Origin: Wallemia ichthyophaga EXF-994
Lineage: Eukaryota; Fungi; Basidiomycota
Direction of reading: 5' to 3'
NCBI RefSeq assembly: GCF_000400465.1
Contig: NW_008806281.1
Span: 144,001 to 268,000, forward strand
Length of the DNA: 124,000 bases
The position numbers were made by a program, and so were the translations under genes. Of the stretch, positions 103,751 to 117,366 are shown in pieces (position 1 is the stretch's first letter; each line of letters starts with the position of its first letter). The notes under the pieces were generated by a model. It saw only the letters and a program-made list of their open reading frames with translations. It searched no databases and had not been told where the DNA came from.

Positions 103751-104389
103751 ACTCGTTGAGCTGCTTGAAATTAAAGTATTAATTATTGGAATTTTGGTGA
103801 CTTAAATTAGAGAGAGAAGCGGGTGAATATCATAGCCAAGATACTCCATCGGATAATAAGTAAATCACATCGAAATTACTCTAGAGCTTAAAATATTAGC
103901 TCTGCGTTAGCCACAATGTTGAGGAATGCTTGAACTTCTTATGTTTGTCAGTTCAGTCAGGCCACAAAAATTTCCATCCAGGCTGCTGAGGGCGCACCGA
104001 TATCCAACAAATATGCGTAATTAGGAATCCATAGGAATACATTGGTCAGCTACGAAGCTCAAAGTCCCTCAAGGCTGATGGCCAACGCTTTTTGTATTTA
104101 AGCCAGCCACAGGGTGGATCTAGATAATTAATTCATATAATATGCAATTTCATCATAGAAAGAAGCATGGAGCGCTCACAAATTGGTTCAGCAGGTATTT
104201 GAAAAGTCATTGGCTTTGCTGTACTGCACATATAAGTAGTCCTTGGCAGGTGAAAGGACAGAAGAATGGCAACAAGAGAATATTCCCGTGTTGTAGATTC
104301 GAATGCATTGTAAATTGTAACTAATATTTATGTGTTTTCACCGCGAGCAGAACCGGCACCAGAACGACCAGAACGACGACCACCATTAA

Positions 104390-104885
104390 ATGTTCGCAAC
104401 TCACGCACGTCAAGGATTAAAGAATTTAGTTCCACCAAAGATAGCAACACCAGGTGCAGTAGTGAGTTGTTAACACCGTTTACAACCTCAAACAACTCAC
104501 AAATCCAAGTCTGGCTCTGAGGGCGGTGCTAGAATGAACTCCGTTATTGAGTTTTATAGCAAATTACCAAAAGGTAACGCAGCTCCAAAGTCTAGTGGTA
104601 TCAAAGGCAAATACTTTGATGGCTCAAATTCATCACGTACTCCATTACTCGCAACGATTGGTGGATTATTCTTATTCGGATATACGCTTGATTGTGAGTT
104701 TTTATCTTTTTCTTATGATTATTTCTTACATTTGATAATCAGACAACCGTAAGTTGATTGGAATTCCTTTTGTCTTTCTCACTAACTCGTTCTTTCTCCC
104801 CAGTTCACCTCAGTGAGTTGGATTTTTATGATACACTCACACCAACTGACATACCCTAGAGCACCACAAGAACAACCACCATTAG
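104390..104885 (+). CDS. ATP17: Mitochondrial ATP synthase subunit f
   Basis: NLVPPKIATP|...RM..V..FY.KLPKG.A....GI..KYF.G.N.S..PL...I....FGYT.DY|N L|HL|KHHKNNHH*. Includes 6-nt and 9-nt microexons. Confidence 0.93.
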
Positions 104886-105005
104886 ATTCTTTTAATATCT
104901 TGTGCTTGATGAATGAATCCTTATCCTTACATGTCTTTACATGAGGCCACATGCTTCTGATTACCTTTACTTACCTTTGCTTACCCTTGCATCCACTCCA
105001 TCATC

Positions 105006-106356
105006 ATGTCCCAACTGTCCAGTGAATTTGAAATCGACGATGACCACCAAAGAATGTTGGACTTAGATGAAATTCAACGAAACAACGATGAATTCCTCGT
105101 GGCGTACCCATTCAACTTTATTAAATGGTCCAGATTATGGCAGTAAGTTGGTTTGGCTGCATATACCCTTTTCCTTATGTACAACACGTAGAGGCTCTTC
105201 AAGGATCATCACTACTGATTTGGAACAAGGCATTTATCCTTTCGGTAAAGGTAAAGGTAAACCTATTGAAGTCTTTATCGGTATGACGAAGAGGAATAGA
105301 TTGGAAATTCTCATCCCTTACTCAATGATTTCTGAAAGGTTCAAAGACATAAAGCAAAATGATTTTGAAAACATTCACTTCTATCACTTTGTTTCTCCTG
105401 CACACTTTCAAACTTTAGAAGACTTCCTTGGTTTTGCTAATATTCAAGATAAGAAGAGCGGTATCTTTAAGATAAATAAACGCTATAAGCGCGATAGATC
105501 TAAATATCGCGTTACTCATAACGTCGTACTTGAGAAAAAGTACTTTGAAATGTCTAGGCGTTTCTATCGGCTTATTAAATTGGCAGATGATCAACTTAGA
105601 GGTAGTGTCATTGCTATGGATTGGATAACAAATCCCAACACAAATATCATTCAAGGTCTCAGCATATTCGTACTTGATAAAACTAAATCGAATCACTATC
105701 AGGATTGGGTTACGGTCACTGATACTTATACTGAAAACAAGGACGAAGTTGAAAGACGATATTTGAAGAGATACGTACAAGCTATCCTTGACACCAAGAC
105801 TTCCGATCAAGATGAGTGTCGAATGATCATCGTTAAGAAGTCAATGCTACCCCAAGACATGGATAGGACAAAAGATGCGCTCAAGCAGTTTCTTCCTGAT
105901 AATATTTTTGAGGGTATGCAAATGGACATTAGTAGTAGGGTTCATGATGAATTGAATGTTATAAGGCGAACAGTTGAACCTTTCAATATCTACGGTATAA
106001 CGAGTCTCATACCACTTTATCACGCCCTATGCTCTGATGTCACCGGTGAAGAGCCTAGTTATAGACGCATGCTCGATGCTATTGGTATGCCCTTAGACGA
106101 TCAAGAGATGGTTGATATTTTGGAGAATAACGCTGTGCATTTGCTCAATCTTGCAGATTGCTTACTCACATCTACTTTTATAGATTATCAGAAAATGATA
106201 CAGTTCCCAGAAACCCACAAGGGTACTAGACCCGCAGAGGAGTCATCCGATGAAGACAGCGAAGATCAAGATGACGATGAGGTGAGTGTGTTTATTTATT
106301 TATAAATAAATAACTCATTGCTGACACACATGCAGAAGATGGAAAATTATCTCTAG
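105006..106356 (+). CDS. Hypothetical protein, possibly a diverged Gfd2/QIP-like (DEDD-fold) exonuclease
   Basis: Spliced start MSQLSSEF...LWQ|GSSRII. FE..RR...G.VIAMDW and ..Y..ML..IGMP...LENNA weakly recall Gfd2/QIP motifs (A.DFE; LHNAGND) with the catalytic residues altered. Confidence 0.4.
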
Positions 106357-106531
106357 ACAGAAATTCACGCTGGTTTCATGTTTACGTTATGCATTCAGTC
106401 GAGAAGGCTTTCAAAATTAAATTATGTAATTGATTTGGATAGATCAAGGTGTATAAATATCACAAATAGTCATACAAACCAGTGGAACATTAATAAGATG
106501 GCGCATAGGGTATTTACAAACAGCAGCAAAA

Positions 106532-108005
106532 TTAATCTTTAAGCTCCTTCTTCATGATAGCCTCCATAGCATCAAAGTCTGAAGTATCCACCTTGATTAT
106601 TTCCTTCTTAAGGGTTTCCTCAATAGAATTCATAACTTTCCAGGATTCCTTATCATGAATGAAATTGACAGCAAGTCCCTTCCTACCGAATCTACCAGTT
106701 CTACCAATTCTATGTAAATATGTCTCGCTATCAGGTTTTCCTGACGCAGTCTTTGGCATATCGTAATTAATCACCATGTTTACTTGACTAATATCGATAC
106801 CTCTAGCAATAACGTTTGTGGTGATGAGAACTTTAGTTTTACCATCTCTGAAAGAATCAATGGTTAGATCTCTCTCGCTAGATTCCTGTTTACCGTGGAG
106901 TGAGACAACGGTGTGTCCTTCAGCAGTCATACGATGAGCGATTTCGTCAGCTGTATCTCTACGATGAACGAAAATGATGGACTGTCCGACAGTCATGAGC
107001 TCGTATAATTCGACCAAGACTTTAAATTTATGTTCCAAGTTATCACAATCCATGTAGAATTGCTTTATTCCTTCTACAGAGAGTTCTTCTTGTTTAAGTC
107101 TGATTTCATTAGCTGCAGGTGCGAATTTAGCAGCAAAATTTCTAACGATATCGGGGAATGTAGCGGAGAAGAGAAGAATTTGAGGTTTGGAAGTGATGAG
107201 GTTTTTAGCTTTAATGGATTGGTCACCCATAGAATGTTGGTCTAACATGTTATCAGCCTCATCCAAGACAAAAACCTTGACTTCTTTTGCGTTTATTTGA
107301 CCTTTACGTACAGCGTCAACGAGGGCGCCTGGGGTTGCCACAATAACTTGAGCGTCTACTTTAGACCCTTTAGGGATAGCATCCTTTATAGCGAAAGCAG
107401 TTTTTACGTTTGTGAATTGACCCATTTGTTGAATAACCGACATTGTTTGTCTGGCGAGTTCTCTAGAAGGGGAGAGAACAACAGCTTGGGGATTTGAGGA
107501 ATCATAATTTATACGTGATAGGATAGCTAAAGCGAAGGCAGCAGTTTTCCCCGTACCTGATTGAGATTGTGCAATCATGTTGCGAGGTGGATTTTGGAGG
107601 AGGAGTGGAAGGGCTCTTTCTTGAATTTTGGATGGTTTTTGAAATTTCATGGCGTAGATACCTTTTAAGAGGTTTTCGTGGCTGTAAGTGTGTGTTTAAG
107701 GGGGAGTTGTGCTAGCTCAACAGACACACTCACAGTCCGAGCTCTTCGAAAGTGCTAGCAGAGTATAAGGGAGAATTTGGATCAGCTTGTTGATCAGCGA
107801 GAGTGACGGAGACTTCTAGTTCTTGTTTTGGTTGCTGTGGTTGCTGTGGTTGGTCTCCTTGTTCCGCCTTCTCTCCTTGATCCGCCTGCTCCGCCTTCTC
107901 GGTAGACAAACCACCAATTCTATCTGCTAGGCTTGTAACGTTATCCTGCTGCTCAGGGTTGTTATTAGATTCAGTTATCCAGCCTTGCTCGTCGTCTTGT
108001 GGCAT
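106532..108005 (-). CDS. DBP5: DEAD-box mRNA export helicase
   Basis: LYSASTFEELGL|, FQKPSKIQERALPLLL.NP, QSQSGTGKT, LDEAD, SAT, YLHRIGRTGRFG. Confidence 0.97.
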
Positions 108006-108065
108006 GATGGTTTAAGTGAAGAAGCTCCTTCTGCCCAAACGACCAAGTTCTTCTCTTTTTTTAAA

Positions 108066-109461
<1,396 letters not shown>

Positions 109462-109708
109462 GTTAATTTGATATAGATGATTTGTGTGATAAATTGCAAA
109501 ACTTCACCAAAGAAGGAGCGACCAGTTGAGAGGATTAAAGGAATGTATATCATATAGTCAATGTAGTTAGAATATCCACAAATAAGACATGTAAATAAAA
109601 ATAAGTTCAAATTTTATTAAAAATTTGATCAAGCATTTTTGAGAAGCGGAGTCCCTTCGTATTTGTGATACATCTGATACAATTGCTCTTGCTCCTCTTG
109701 CTCATATA

Positions 109709-111350
109709 CTACTTGCTGTTTCTGCTGCTAACGAAACGCTTGTTGTTGATTGCTCTAGGATTTGCGATAAATGTGCCTGGATCAACGCCTCCATATCCAG
109801 TTGGTGCCTGACACAGTGCATGCTGCATACCAGCATTAGGCGCTCGTCCCTGATTCTGCCTATGACGCACGTCAATCATATACTGAGGCTGTGGTTGTGG
109901 TTTTGTCTCCATCTGAGCTTGTGGTTGAAGATGTGGCTGCGCTGCTTGTTGCTGTTGGATTGGCACTGTATTCTGCACCGCAGCACCCAACACCTGTGCT
110001 GCCTATACTGGCTACAATGCCTCAGCTCGCATCTCCGATCCAGGCACGCCTGTATTGTAAACCTTCTCATTCCACGCCTGACCCAGTCCCGCTTGCAAAG
110101 CATCCGAATTTTCTACAACCCATGATCCTGGTTCGTTGTATGTATTAGCAATAGCACACATCAAGTGGAAGTCACTCAAACACTCCCTTGCATTCTGGTA
110201 TGACTTCCTATTGATCTTGGGCTTGATTGTGTTTAGTGCCACTGGGTTCTTGATCAGCAGTGCATAGTCAGGGTACAGCTTGTCACTTTGTTAGCCTTTT
110301 CTGATTTGATCAAACACCACTTACCTTCTTCGATGGCACTTCACGGAAAATATCACTCCTTGGTCTACCATTCTCGTTCGTCAACGTCCAAACCACTTCG
110401 AAGAATGGCAAAAGGACCTTCTCCAGACGTTCCTTAGTCTCCCCATCAACACCGGCCTTCTTCTTCTTGTTCGTGGGTTCAGTCTCTTCAACATCGACAT
110501 TTGGATTACCATCAGTGAATGGTATTGCGCTTGCGCTAGCCCATTGGAAGATTTGAGACTGGTGTGGAAGTTTTAGTTGAAGATCTGCTATGTTTGCTAC
110601 CAGTGTTCAACTCGGGTGATTCGACAGGCGGAGCTATTTGCGGCTGCTGTTGCTGCTGTTGAGCCATATTGCGCTTATGTCTAGATGCTTCTTCGATAGT
110701 GGTACCATCATTTTCAAGCGCATTCTCCCATTGCTCTTCAGTCAGACCATCGTCGTACACAACACCAGCACGCGCTCTTCAACCGCCCTCCAAAGCCTCC
110801 TGATCAGCCTCAATAATAGGATTCTATTTGATCGTCGTTCTGTAGATTTCTGGTAACTCTCCGTCTGTAATCAATCTTCCAACATTATCAACAGGTAAAC
110901 CCTTCATTTGATTGGACAGCTTGTCATTCTCTGCTCTCTCCCTGTCCATTCTATTGAAGACATCTATTTCACTTTCCCCTCTAGCGAGCTGCTCGTTGAT
111001 TTCATTATCATTCATAACACCAGCTTCATCCTCTTCTTCAGCTTCTTGTTCGAGGAAAGATCTCAGGAAATCCTCACGCTCTTCAGCTGTCGATTTATTG
111101 TCAATTTACCTGCTTGGATAACCTTGCCGTCTATTTCCAACTTATACTGTGCACGTGCAAGAATCTGATTTTTGACTGAACGCTCAGTGATTAATCTCAA
111201 TATTCCAACTTCCTTCTTCTGCCCAAATCTATGAGCATGGTCTTGAGCTTGAAGATCAACGTGTGGATTCCAGTCTGAGTCGAAGATAATAACCGTGTCT
111301 GCTGATTGAAGGTTGAGACCCAAACCACTAGTCCTTGTAGTCGAGTGAGA
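109709..111350 (-). pseudogene. 5'-truncated Snf2/Sth1 ATPase fragment (HELICc end, SnAC, bromodomain)
   Basis: [39 protein letters not shown] with motif-VI changes. A 1-nt deletion in GKFDNKST, a TAG near 110824, and CGA changed to TGA in GG*RAR...YDDGLTEEQW. Retains an intron before LYPDY (bromodomain). Confidence 0.85.
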
Positions 111351-111489
111351 TCTGAGTTTATCAAAGAGAACTATATGTCATGTGGAACATAATAAATAGT
111401 AATTCATTTGAAGTCTTTTAGTAAGCCGATTGTGCTCATATTGATTTGGATCATCATGATCATCATCTTTCAATACTTGCTCATCCTTC

Positions 111490-112015
111490 TTGACATTAAT
111501 AGGCAGTGTCTCATGGAGCGGCTGCGTTATGTGCAATTGTCCGCAATTATCATCTTGACATCCTTCATAGTGACTCTAATTGCCATCGTTTGTGATCTTT
111601 CTCGCGAGGGAGTTTGCGATACTGACTCTAACAGTTCCCAAATAGCTCTAGCGCCGTATGCTGGGGAGTATCCAGACTCCGCCAAATGATCGATACTCTC
111701 ATACCTCACATTCAAACGCATCTGCTTCTCCCCTAGCATCTTATTGACTTCAATGATACGCAATTTAGCATGTCTGATAGACCTGTGGTTGAGTTTGTTG
111801 AAAAACAACGTATGATCAAGTCGATTGAGAAACTTCGGAGGCTACACTCTCTCAACTCGTTCTAATACCTCTTTGGTAGCTTCCTCGGTAACATTCTCAT
111901 CTGGACTCTCGGTTCTGAGATGCTCTCAAGAGCTGAGATTAGAAGTGGCTATAATGATTGTTGCCTAAATTTAGGCTTGACCTTGGCTGTCTGTCAAGGT
112001 GTCATCCAGCATTTA
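111490..112015 (-). pseudogene. ClpB/Hsp78-Hsp104 C-terminal fragment
   Basis: LDD-TLTDSQG, NTIIIATSNLSS*, V*PPKFLNRLDH.LFFNKL, LA..GYSPAYGAR, with in-frame stops. Confidence 0.8.
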
Positions 112016-112882
112016 GCTGCTTTAGCGGCGACAGTCTTGCGGCGATCGTGTTGGAGTTGAAGATTGTCAAGGCTTTTCTTAAAAGCCGCCGCACCTTCGA
112101 TGCTCGTGTTGAAGCAGGCCGAACCATCGTAGTGAGCTTTCGCCTTCTCTATTTCCTCGTTGCAAAGAGCCGATGACATCTGCCACATGTCAGACATTGC
112201 AATCGAATGACGTGACGTCCTTGACGCGTGTTGAGGAAGTTGAGACGCAAATCCATAAGCATTAAAGCTTCGCCTTGGAGATATATTTTACTGATGCCAA
112301 GGGTGTGGCATCCTCCTTGCGCTGGTTGGGATTGACGAGAAATCCTCACTCGTTCTTAATGGCAGTTTCTGTCTTCTCCTTGTATTTTTAGTGCGTTTTT
112401 GGTCCTTTTGCTGATCTCAGCTACGTCTTCGGCGTAAAACAGCTTCTTATTCTCCTTTTCACGCTCCCTGTTCATCATAGCGAGCATTTCTTCGAATTGA
112501 GCTTTTGAAGTCATTCGTTATAGTGAGCTTAGACAACAAACTGGATTTCCTGCACAATTAACTTTTATTATCTAATTACTTATGGCTGCGCCCTGGTCGC
112601 CATCCGACCCATTTCTCCTCGGTAGCTCCATTTCTTCCCAGAAGTCGAACAAAGGCGTAAACCCGTGTAAAATTGTTGAATATCTACATAATGCATTCAT
112701 ACATGTTTTTCTTCTTGACAAGATATGAACATTTCGTTAAAAAATTTCACCACGCCCATCATAAAATCTGCGCTCGCTCATTTTTTTTCCTCGGTCGATT
112801 TTATTTTTCACCCATCCCGAAATTCATCTCAGGATTTCGCTGAATTCAACTTAGGTTTTTCGTTCTTGACCAAGTTTTCAAA

Positions 112883-113683
112883 ATGGCTGACCGTGGTAAG
112901 TACAAGGGAATTTATAGGCGCCAACACAGCTCACATATTATAGGCAGAGGATTCGGTAGAGGCAGAGGTCGTGGACCACGCCGTGGCAGACAAACCAAAG
113001 ACGAGAGCAAGGAGTGGGTTCCAGTAACCAAGCTTGGCCGTCTTGTGAAGGCAGGCAAGGTCAAGTCAATGGAGGAGATCTACTTGTTCTCAATTCCTGT
113101 CAAGGAGTACCAAATTGTCGACTTCTTCTTGCCAAAGCTCAAGGATGAAGTTATGAAGATTTCTCCAGTTCAGAAGCAAACTAGAGCTGGTCAACGTACA
113201 CGCTTCAAGGCTTTCGTTGCAATTGGTGACTCTGATGGCCACGTTGGTCTCGGTGTCAAGTGCGCAAAGGAAGTTGCAACCGCTATCCGTGGTGCAATGA
113301 TCGCAGCAAAGCTTGCGACTATTCCAGTCAGACGTGGCTACTGGGGTAACGCTCTTGCTGAACCACACACAGTCCCTTGCAAGGTTTCTGGTAAGTGTGG
113401 TTCCGTCATGGCTAGGTTGGTTCCTGCTCCAAGAGGTACCGGTATCGTCGCTGCTCCTGCTTCAAAGAGGATGTTGCAATTAGCTGGTATTCAAGACTGT
113501 TACACTCAAACCAAGGGTAACACTTCAACCATGGGTAACTTTATCAAGGCCACCTTCCAAGCTATCTCTGGTACTTACGCTTTCCTCACTCCAAACCTCT
113601 GGCGTGATATTGCTCCACCACAGCATCCATTTGAAGAGCACTCAGCTCACCTTCAACTCGCACAAAAGCGTTCAGCTTACTAA
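112883..113683 (+). CDS. RPS2: 40S ribosomal protein uS5
   Basis: RGG-type N-terminus, [35 protein letters not shown]. One 5' intron. Confidence 0.98.
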   Translation: MADRGKYKGIYRRQHSSHIIGRGFGRGRGRGPRRGRQTKDESKEWVPVTKLGRLVKAGKVKSMEEIYLFSIPVKEYQIVDFFLPKLKDEVMKISPVQKQTRAGQRTRFKAFVAIGDSDGHVGLGVKCAKEVATAIRGAMIAAKLATIPVRRGYWGNALAEPHTVPCKVSGKCGSVMARLVPAPRGTGIVAAPASKRMLQLAGIQDCYTQTKGNTSTMGNFIKATFQAISGTYAFLTPNLWRDIAPPQHPFEEHSAHLQLAQKRSAY

Positions 113684-113779
113684 GTCTAAGTGCTTATCTT
113701 TTGTAAGAGTTTGATTGTTCTTGAAATTTGTACGATTAGATTTGGTTGTGCTTGATTTGGGAGTGTACTTCATACCATC

Positions 113780-115228
113780 ATGTCTGATCAACTTACACCG
113801 CTAGCTATAGCATTCTCTGGTGCATTAGGCGCTGTTGTTAGCAGTTAGTTGAGATTTCTTGTCGATGATAGCTTCTAATTGTTCAAAGACGGCATTGTTT
113901 ACCCACTTGACACACTCAAAACACGCATACAAGCTAAAGACGCTAGCGACGAAACTGAAGACAGCGAAAGCAGCGATAACACCAAATATCAAGTCACAGA
114001 CATTTCAAATGATCTAGCACACATCCCTAAGAATACTCTTATCAACGGTATCATAAAGCTGTTCAAACAAGAAGGCATAGCAGCTGCGTATGGTGGTTTT
114101 GGTGCAAGTATGCTCAACACATTCTCACAGCGTGGGTTTCATTGGCTGTTTATGTATTATTCTCATGAAACCCCCAGAATTCGCATACTTTGTACGCACA
114201 CCGCTTATTGAACTCCACCTTCTAACCGGTCGCTACAAAAGTATTGGTATGGCGCAGTGAGAACGGCGTGGATCAAGTCATCCAAAAACAACGGCAATCT
114301 ATCCACAGTTGTTGAGTTACTCATGTGAGTTGAGTGTGTTTGTTTGGTATGATGATGTCATGACTCACACACATACACACTCAGCGGTGCAATAGCCGGC
114401 GATCTCGCACAGGTATTCACTATACCTGTCAATGTCATAGCCACAAGACAGCAGATCGGCGTGCAAGACGGCAACACCAACGCTACCTTCTTCTCCGTAG
114501 CTAAGCAGATAATCACAGACGACGGTCTTACTGGGCTGTGGAGGGGCTTACAGCCATCGCTGGTTCTTTCAGGTGGGATCCTTTCTTGTTATGCGAGCTC
114601 ATTCTTACGTTTTTTACGCTTTTCTCGCTCTCAGTCAATCCCGCTATCACTTACGGCGCTTACGAGAAACTTAAAACTGCCGCTCTGTCGAGACATCTCA
114701 GCCGCAGCGACGGGAGGATGAGTCCATGGGCCAATTTTTTCCTCGGGGCTATGTCCAAGACAGCAGCGACTATCGTGGGTAGAGGTTGTTTGTGCTGAAC
114801 TGGTCTGATGATACACATACAGGTCACATACCCTTATGTTAGTCTGCATTTGCGCTGATATACATATGTCACTGTCTCTAACAAGCACCCAGATCATGGC
114901 GAAAGTTAGAGTCATGGCTGGTACCCCGGTTACTTGGCGTAGCTCAAGAACCATTGAGCAGGACAAGAAGGAGTTGAAGAAGAATACAGGCGCACTTAAG
115001 CTCCTCATGCACATTTACAAGAAGAGGGGTATTGCTGGGTGGTACCAGGTGGGTCACTCTAGCAGCTCACTAGCACACTTTCTAATACTTGTCTCTTTCC
115101 TGCAGGGCATGCACGCTCAAATTGTCAAGGCCGTTCTCCAACAAGCTCTCTTGTTCGTCTTGAGAGACATATTTGAAAAGTACACCCTTTTCGGCGTGCT
115201 TATCTTGCGCTCTCTCCGTTCAGCTTGA
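113780..115228 (+). CDS. Peroxisomal adenine nucleotide carrier (Ant1/Pmp47-like, multi-exon)
   Basis: A.SGALG..., YPLDT.KTR.QA, P...IATRQQ, GLWRGL.PSL|VL.VNP.ITYG.YE, G..GWYQ|GM.AQI.KAVL.QA. Confidence 0.85.
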
Positions 115229-115322
115229 TGGGGTGGTGGGTTGTGTAGTATGAAATATGTGGTATTTGGCTTGTAGCTGTTGTCTTTGATACATGTATGT
115301 ATCTAAATATGAGTGGATTCTT

Positions 115323-116322
115323 TTACAGATTGACAATATCAACAATCACAGCATGCAGATTGTAATCCTTATCCTTATCATTCACATAATGACCACCGAC
115401 TGGACTGTTAGCTGCATTGACATGAATAGTGTAGTCACCGTTGTCGTAATGAACGACTTGAAATCCTCTGCTTTCGTGTATATGTCCAAAGACATGTAGT
115501 TTTGGTCTCAGACGCGGCAGTGCGTCTGTCAATTCGATGCAGCCGACGTGTAAATTGGATTGGGTTTTATCGAGGATGTTTCGAGGAGGACCGTGGGTGA
115601 TTCTGAGAAGGTGTTAGCTGAGAGTGCAGGAGTATGTGCTCTCCACTCAACAAAACATCGGTAGGTTCAAAGCTGCTGACTGTTTCTAATATTGTGTTAG
115701 TTTTGGGTGGATTGAGTGGAATCAAGCTATCACAACCCACGTAATGCTTTCATAGCTGTCTGCAACGAGGTTATTTTCAAGCAATATGAGTGAGACACAC
115801 TTACATGCTTCGTTGGTCGACGGGAGGGGTATAGAGGAGAACCAAGAATCTTCCATGTCTTTCTATCTATGCCTATTTCTCTGGTGTTATTTTGGAGGTA
115901 GTAAACACCATTAGTGACACCTTGAATTCCACATAGGAAGTGTATAGCGTCGGGGTCGCTGTGAGATAGATTCCAACTGCCATTTGTATATGGATATCCC
116001 TCTCTCAGTAACATTATATCGTGATTTCCAGCTATAATGACTTTTGAAGGGCAGGAAGATGATGCAAGCCAATTTGCAGTTACTCCATATTCAATGTTGG
116101 ACAGAGTAGACAAATCACCTGCGTGTATGAGAATTTCACCGTATGGAATATCGAATGTACGATTGTGAGTGTCCTGTGTGTGTTTAGGAGGGCTATTTGA
116201 TAGTGCTGGCTACGCACAGATATCAGAATGAAACGCGTTGAGTTTGGCAATTTATTTGGAGGTGCAGCAAGATCATATTCAAAGTAGATGGCGAATTCAT
116301 CTTGAACCAGATTCATGTACAC
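115323..116322 (-). CDS. Metallophosphoesterase (MPPED/239FB-like)
   Basis: ISDTH, IPYG..L.H.GD, V.IAGNHD, ITHGPP, LHVFGHIHE.RG, VNAA. Confidence 0.88.
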
Positions 116323-116387
116323 GTCTATAGCCTCTGTGAATAGCCACCTCCCTGCCTCTCAACCACCAAATATAAATATTATTTAAA

Positions 116388-117292
116388 ATGTCTAGTATCG
116401 GCACTGGATATGATTTATCTGCATCCACGTATTCCCCAGATGGCAGAATATTCCAAGTCGGTCGCCTCTTACGCCAGAAACAGCACACGCTGACGTTTGC
116501 ATGCATTTTAGATTGAATACGCAAACAAGGCTGTGGAGAATGCTGGGTGGGTATAGATTGGCTTATGTACGCTATCTCACTCCTTCCAGCACTGTAATTG
116601 GGATTAGAACTAAAGACGGCGTCATCCTCGCTGCACAGAAGCTGTTAGATTCCAAATTGCTCGTTTCTGGCACAGCCAAGCGTATACTGACTGCTGATAT
116701 GCATATCGGTATGGTAAGTGTGGTTTCCTGTTCACGATTCCCTCTTCTCAACTCGCTCCACTCCCAGGCCTCTGCCGGTTTGCGTGCGGATGGAAAGCAC
116801 CTTCAGACAAGGGCGAGAGAGGAGTGCAAGAACTACCGCGACAACTACATGTCGCCTATCCCCCTCAAACACCTCTCTGACAGACTCGGCTCGTATCTCA
116901 ACGCGTACACGCTGTACTCCTCCGTGAGGCCATTCGGGATATCCACAGTCATCTCGTCGTGCGACAAGAACGGTCCACAGCTCTACGCTATTGAGCCATC
117001 TGGTCTCTACTGGGGATACCAAGCTACTGCTATCGGTAAAGGCAAGCAACTCGCTCAGACGGAACTCGAGAAACTTAATTTCGACGAGCTGTCAATGCGT
117101 CAGGCTGTGTTTGAAGCAGCTAGAATTATTCACCTCGTTCATGACCCTACTAAGGACAAGGGATTCGAGTTGGAGATTAGCTGGATCGGTAAAGACTCGC
117201 AGTATAAACACGTTCACGTGCCTGCGCAACTGTATGACGAGGCTAACGAGTTGGGTAAGACACAGGCTGAGTCTGGACGTATGCAGGAGTGA
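116388..117292 (+). CDS. PRE10: 20S proteasome alpha-7 subunit
   Basis: [23 protein letters not shown]|[30 protein letters not shown]. Confidence 0.96.
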
Positions 117293-117366
117293 GTTGGTGT
117301 ATGCAGTATGCAGTTAAGTGTTAAGTGTATTTGATAAAGATGAGCATGATTAGCGCATTACAAGAA

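Noticed and set aside
103880-104110. Possible spliceosomal snRNA (Sm-site-like AATTTTTGTGG on the minus strand; 5' AAAAAGCG vaguely U11-like)
   Set aside because: No U1, U2, U4 or U5 signature sequence and no clear 3' stem-loop after the Sm-like site. An Infernal/Rfam scan would settle it.
112020-112250. EEIEKAKAH as the ClpB Walker-B (DEIEKAH) continuation of the HSP78 fragment
   Set aside because: The spacing to LDD..LTDSQG is about 35 residues instead of about 10, so this is probably coincidence. Fragment left unidentified.
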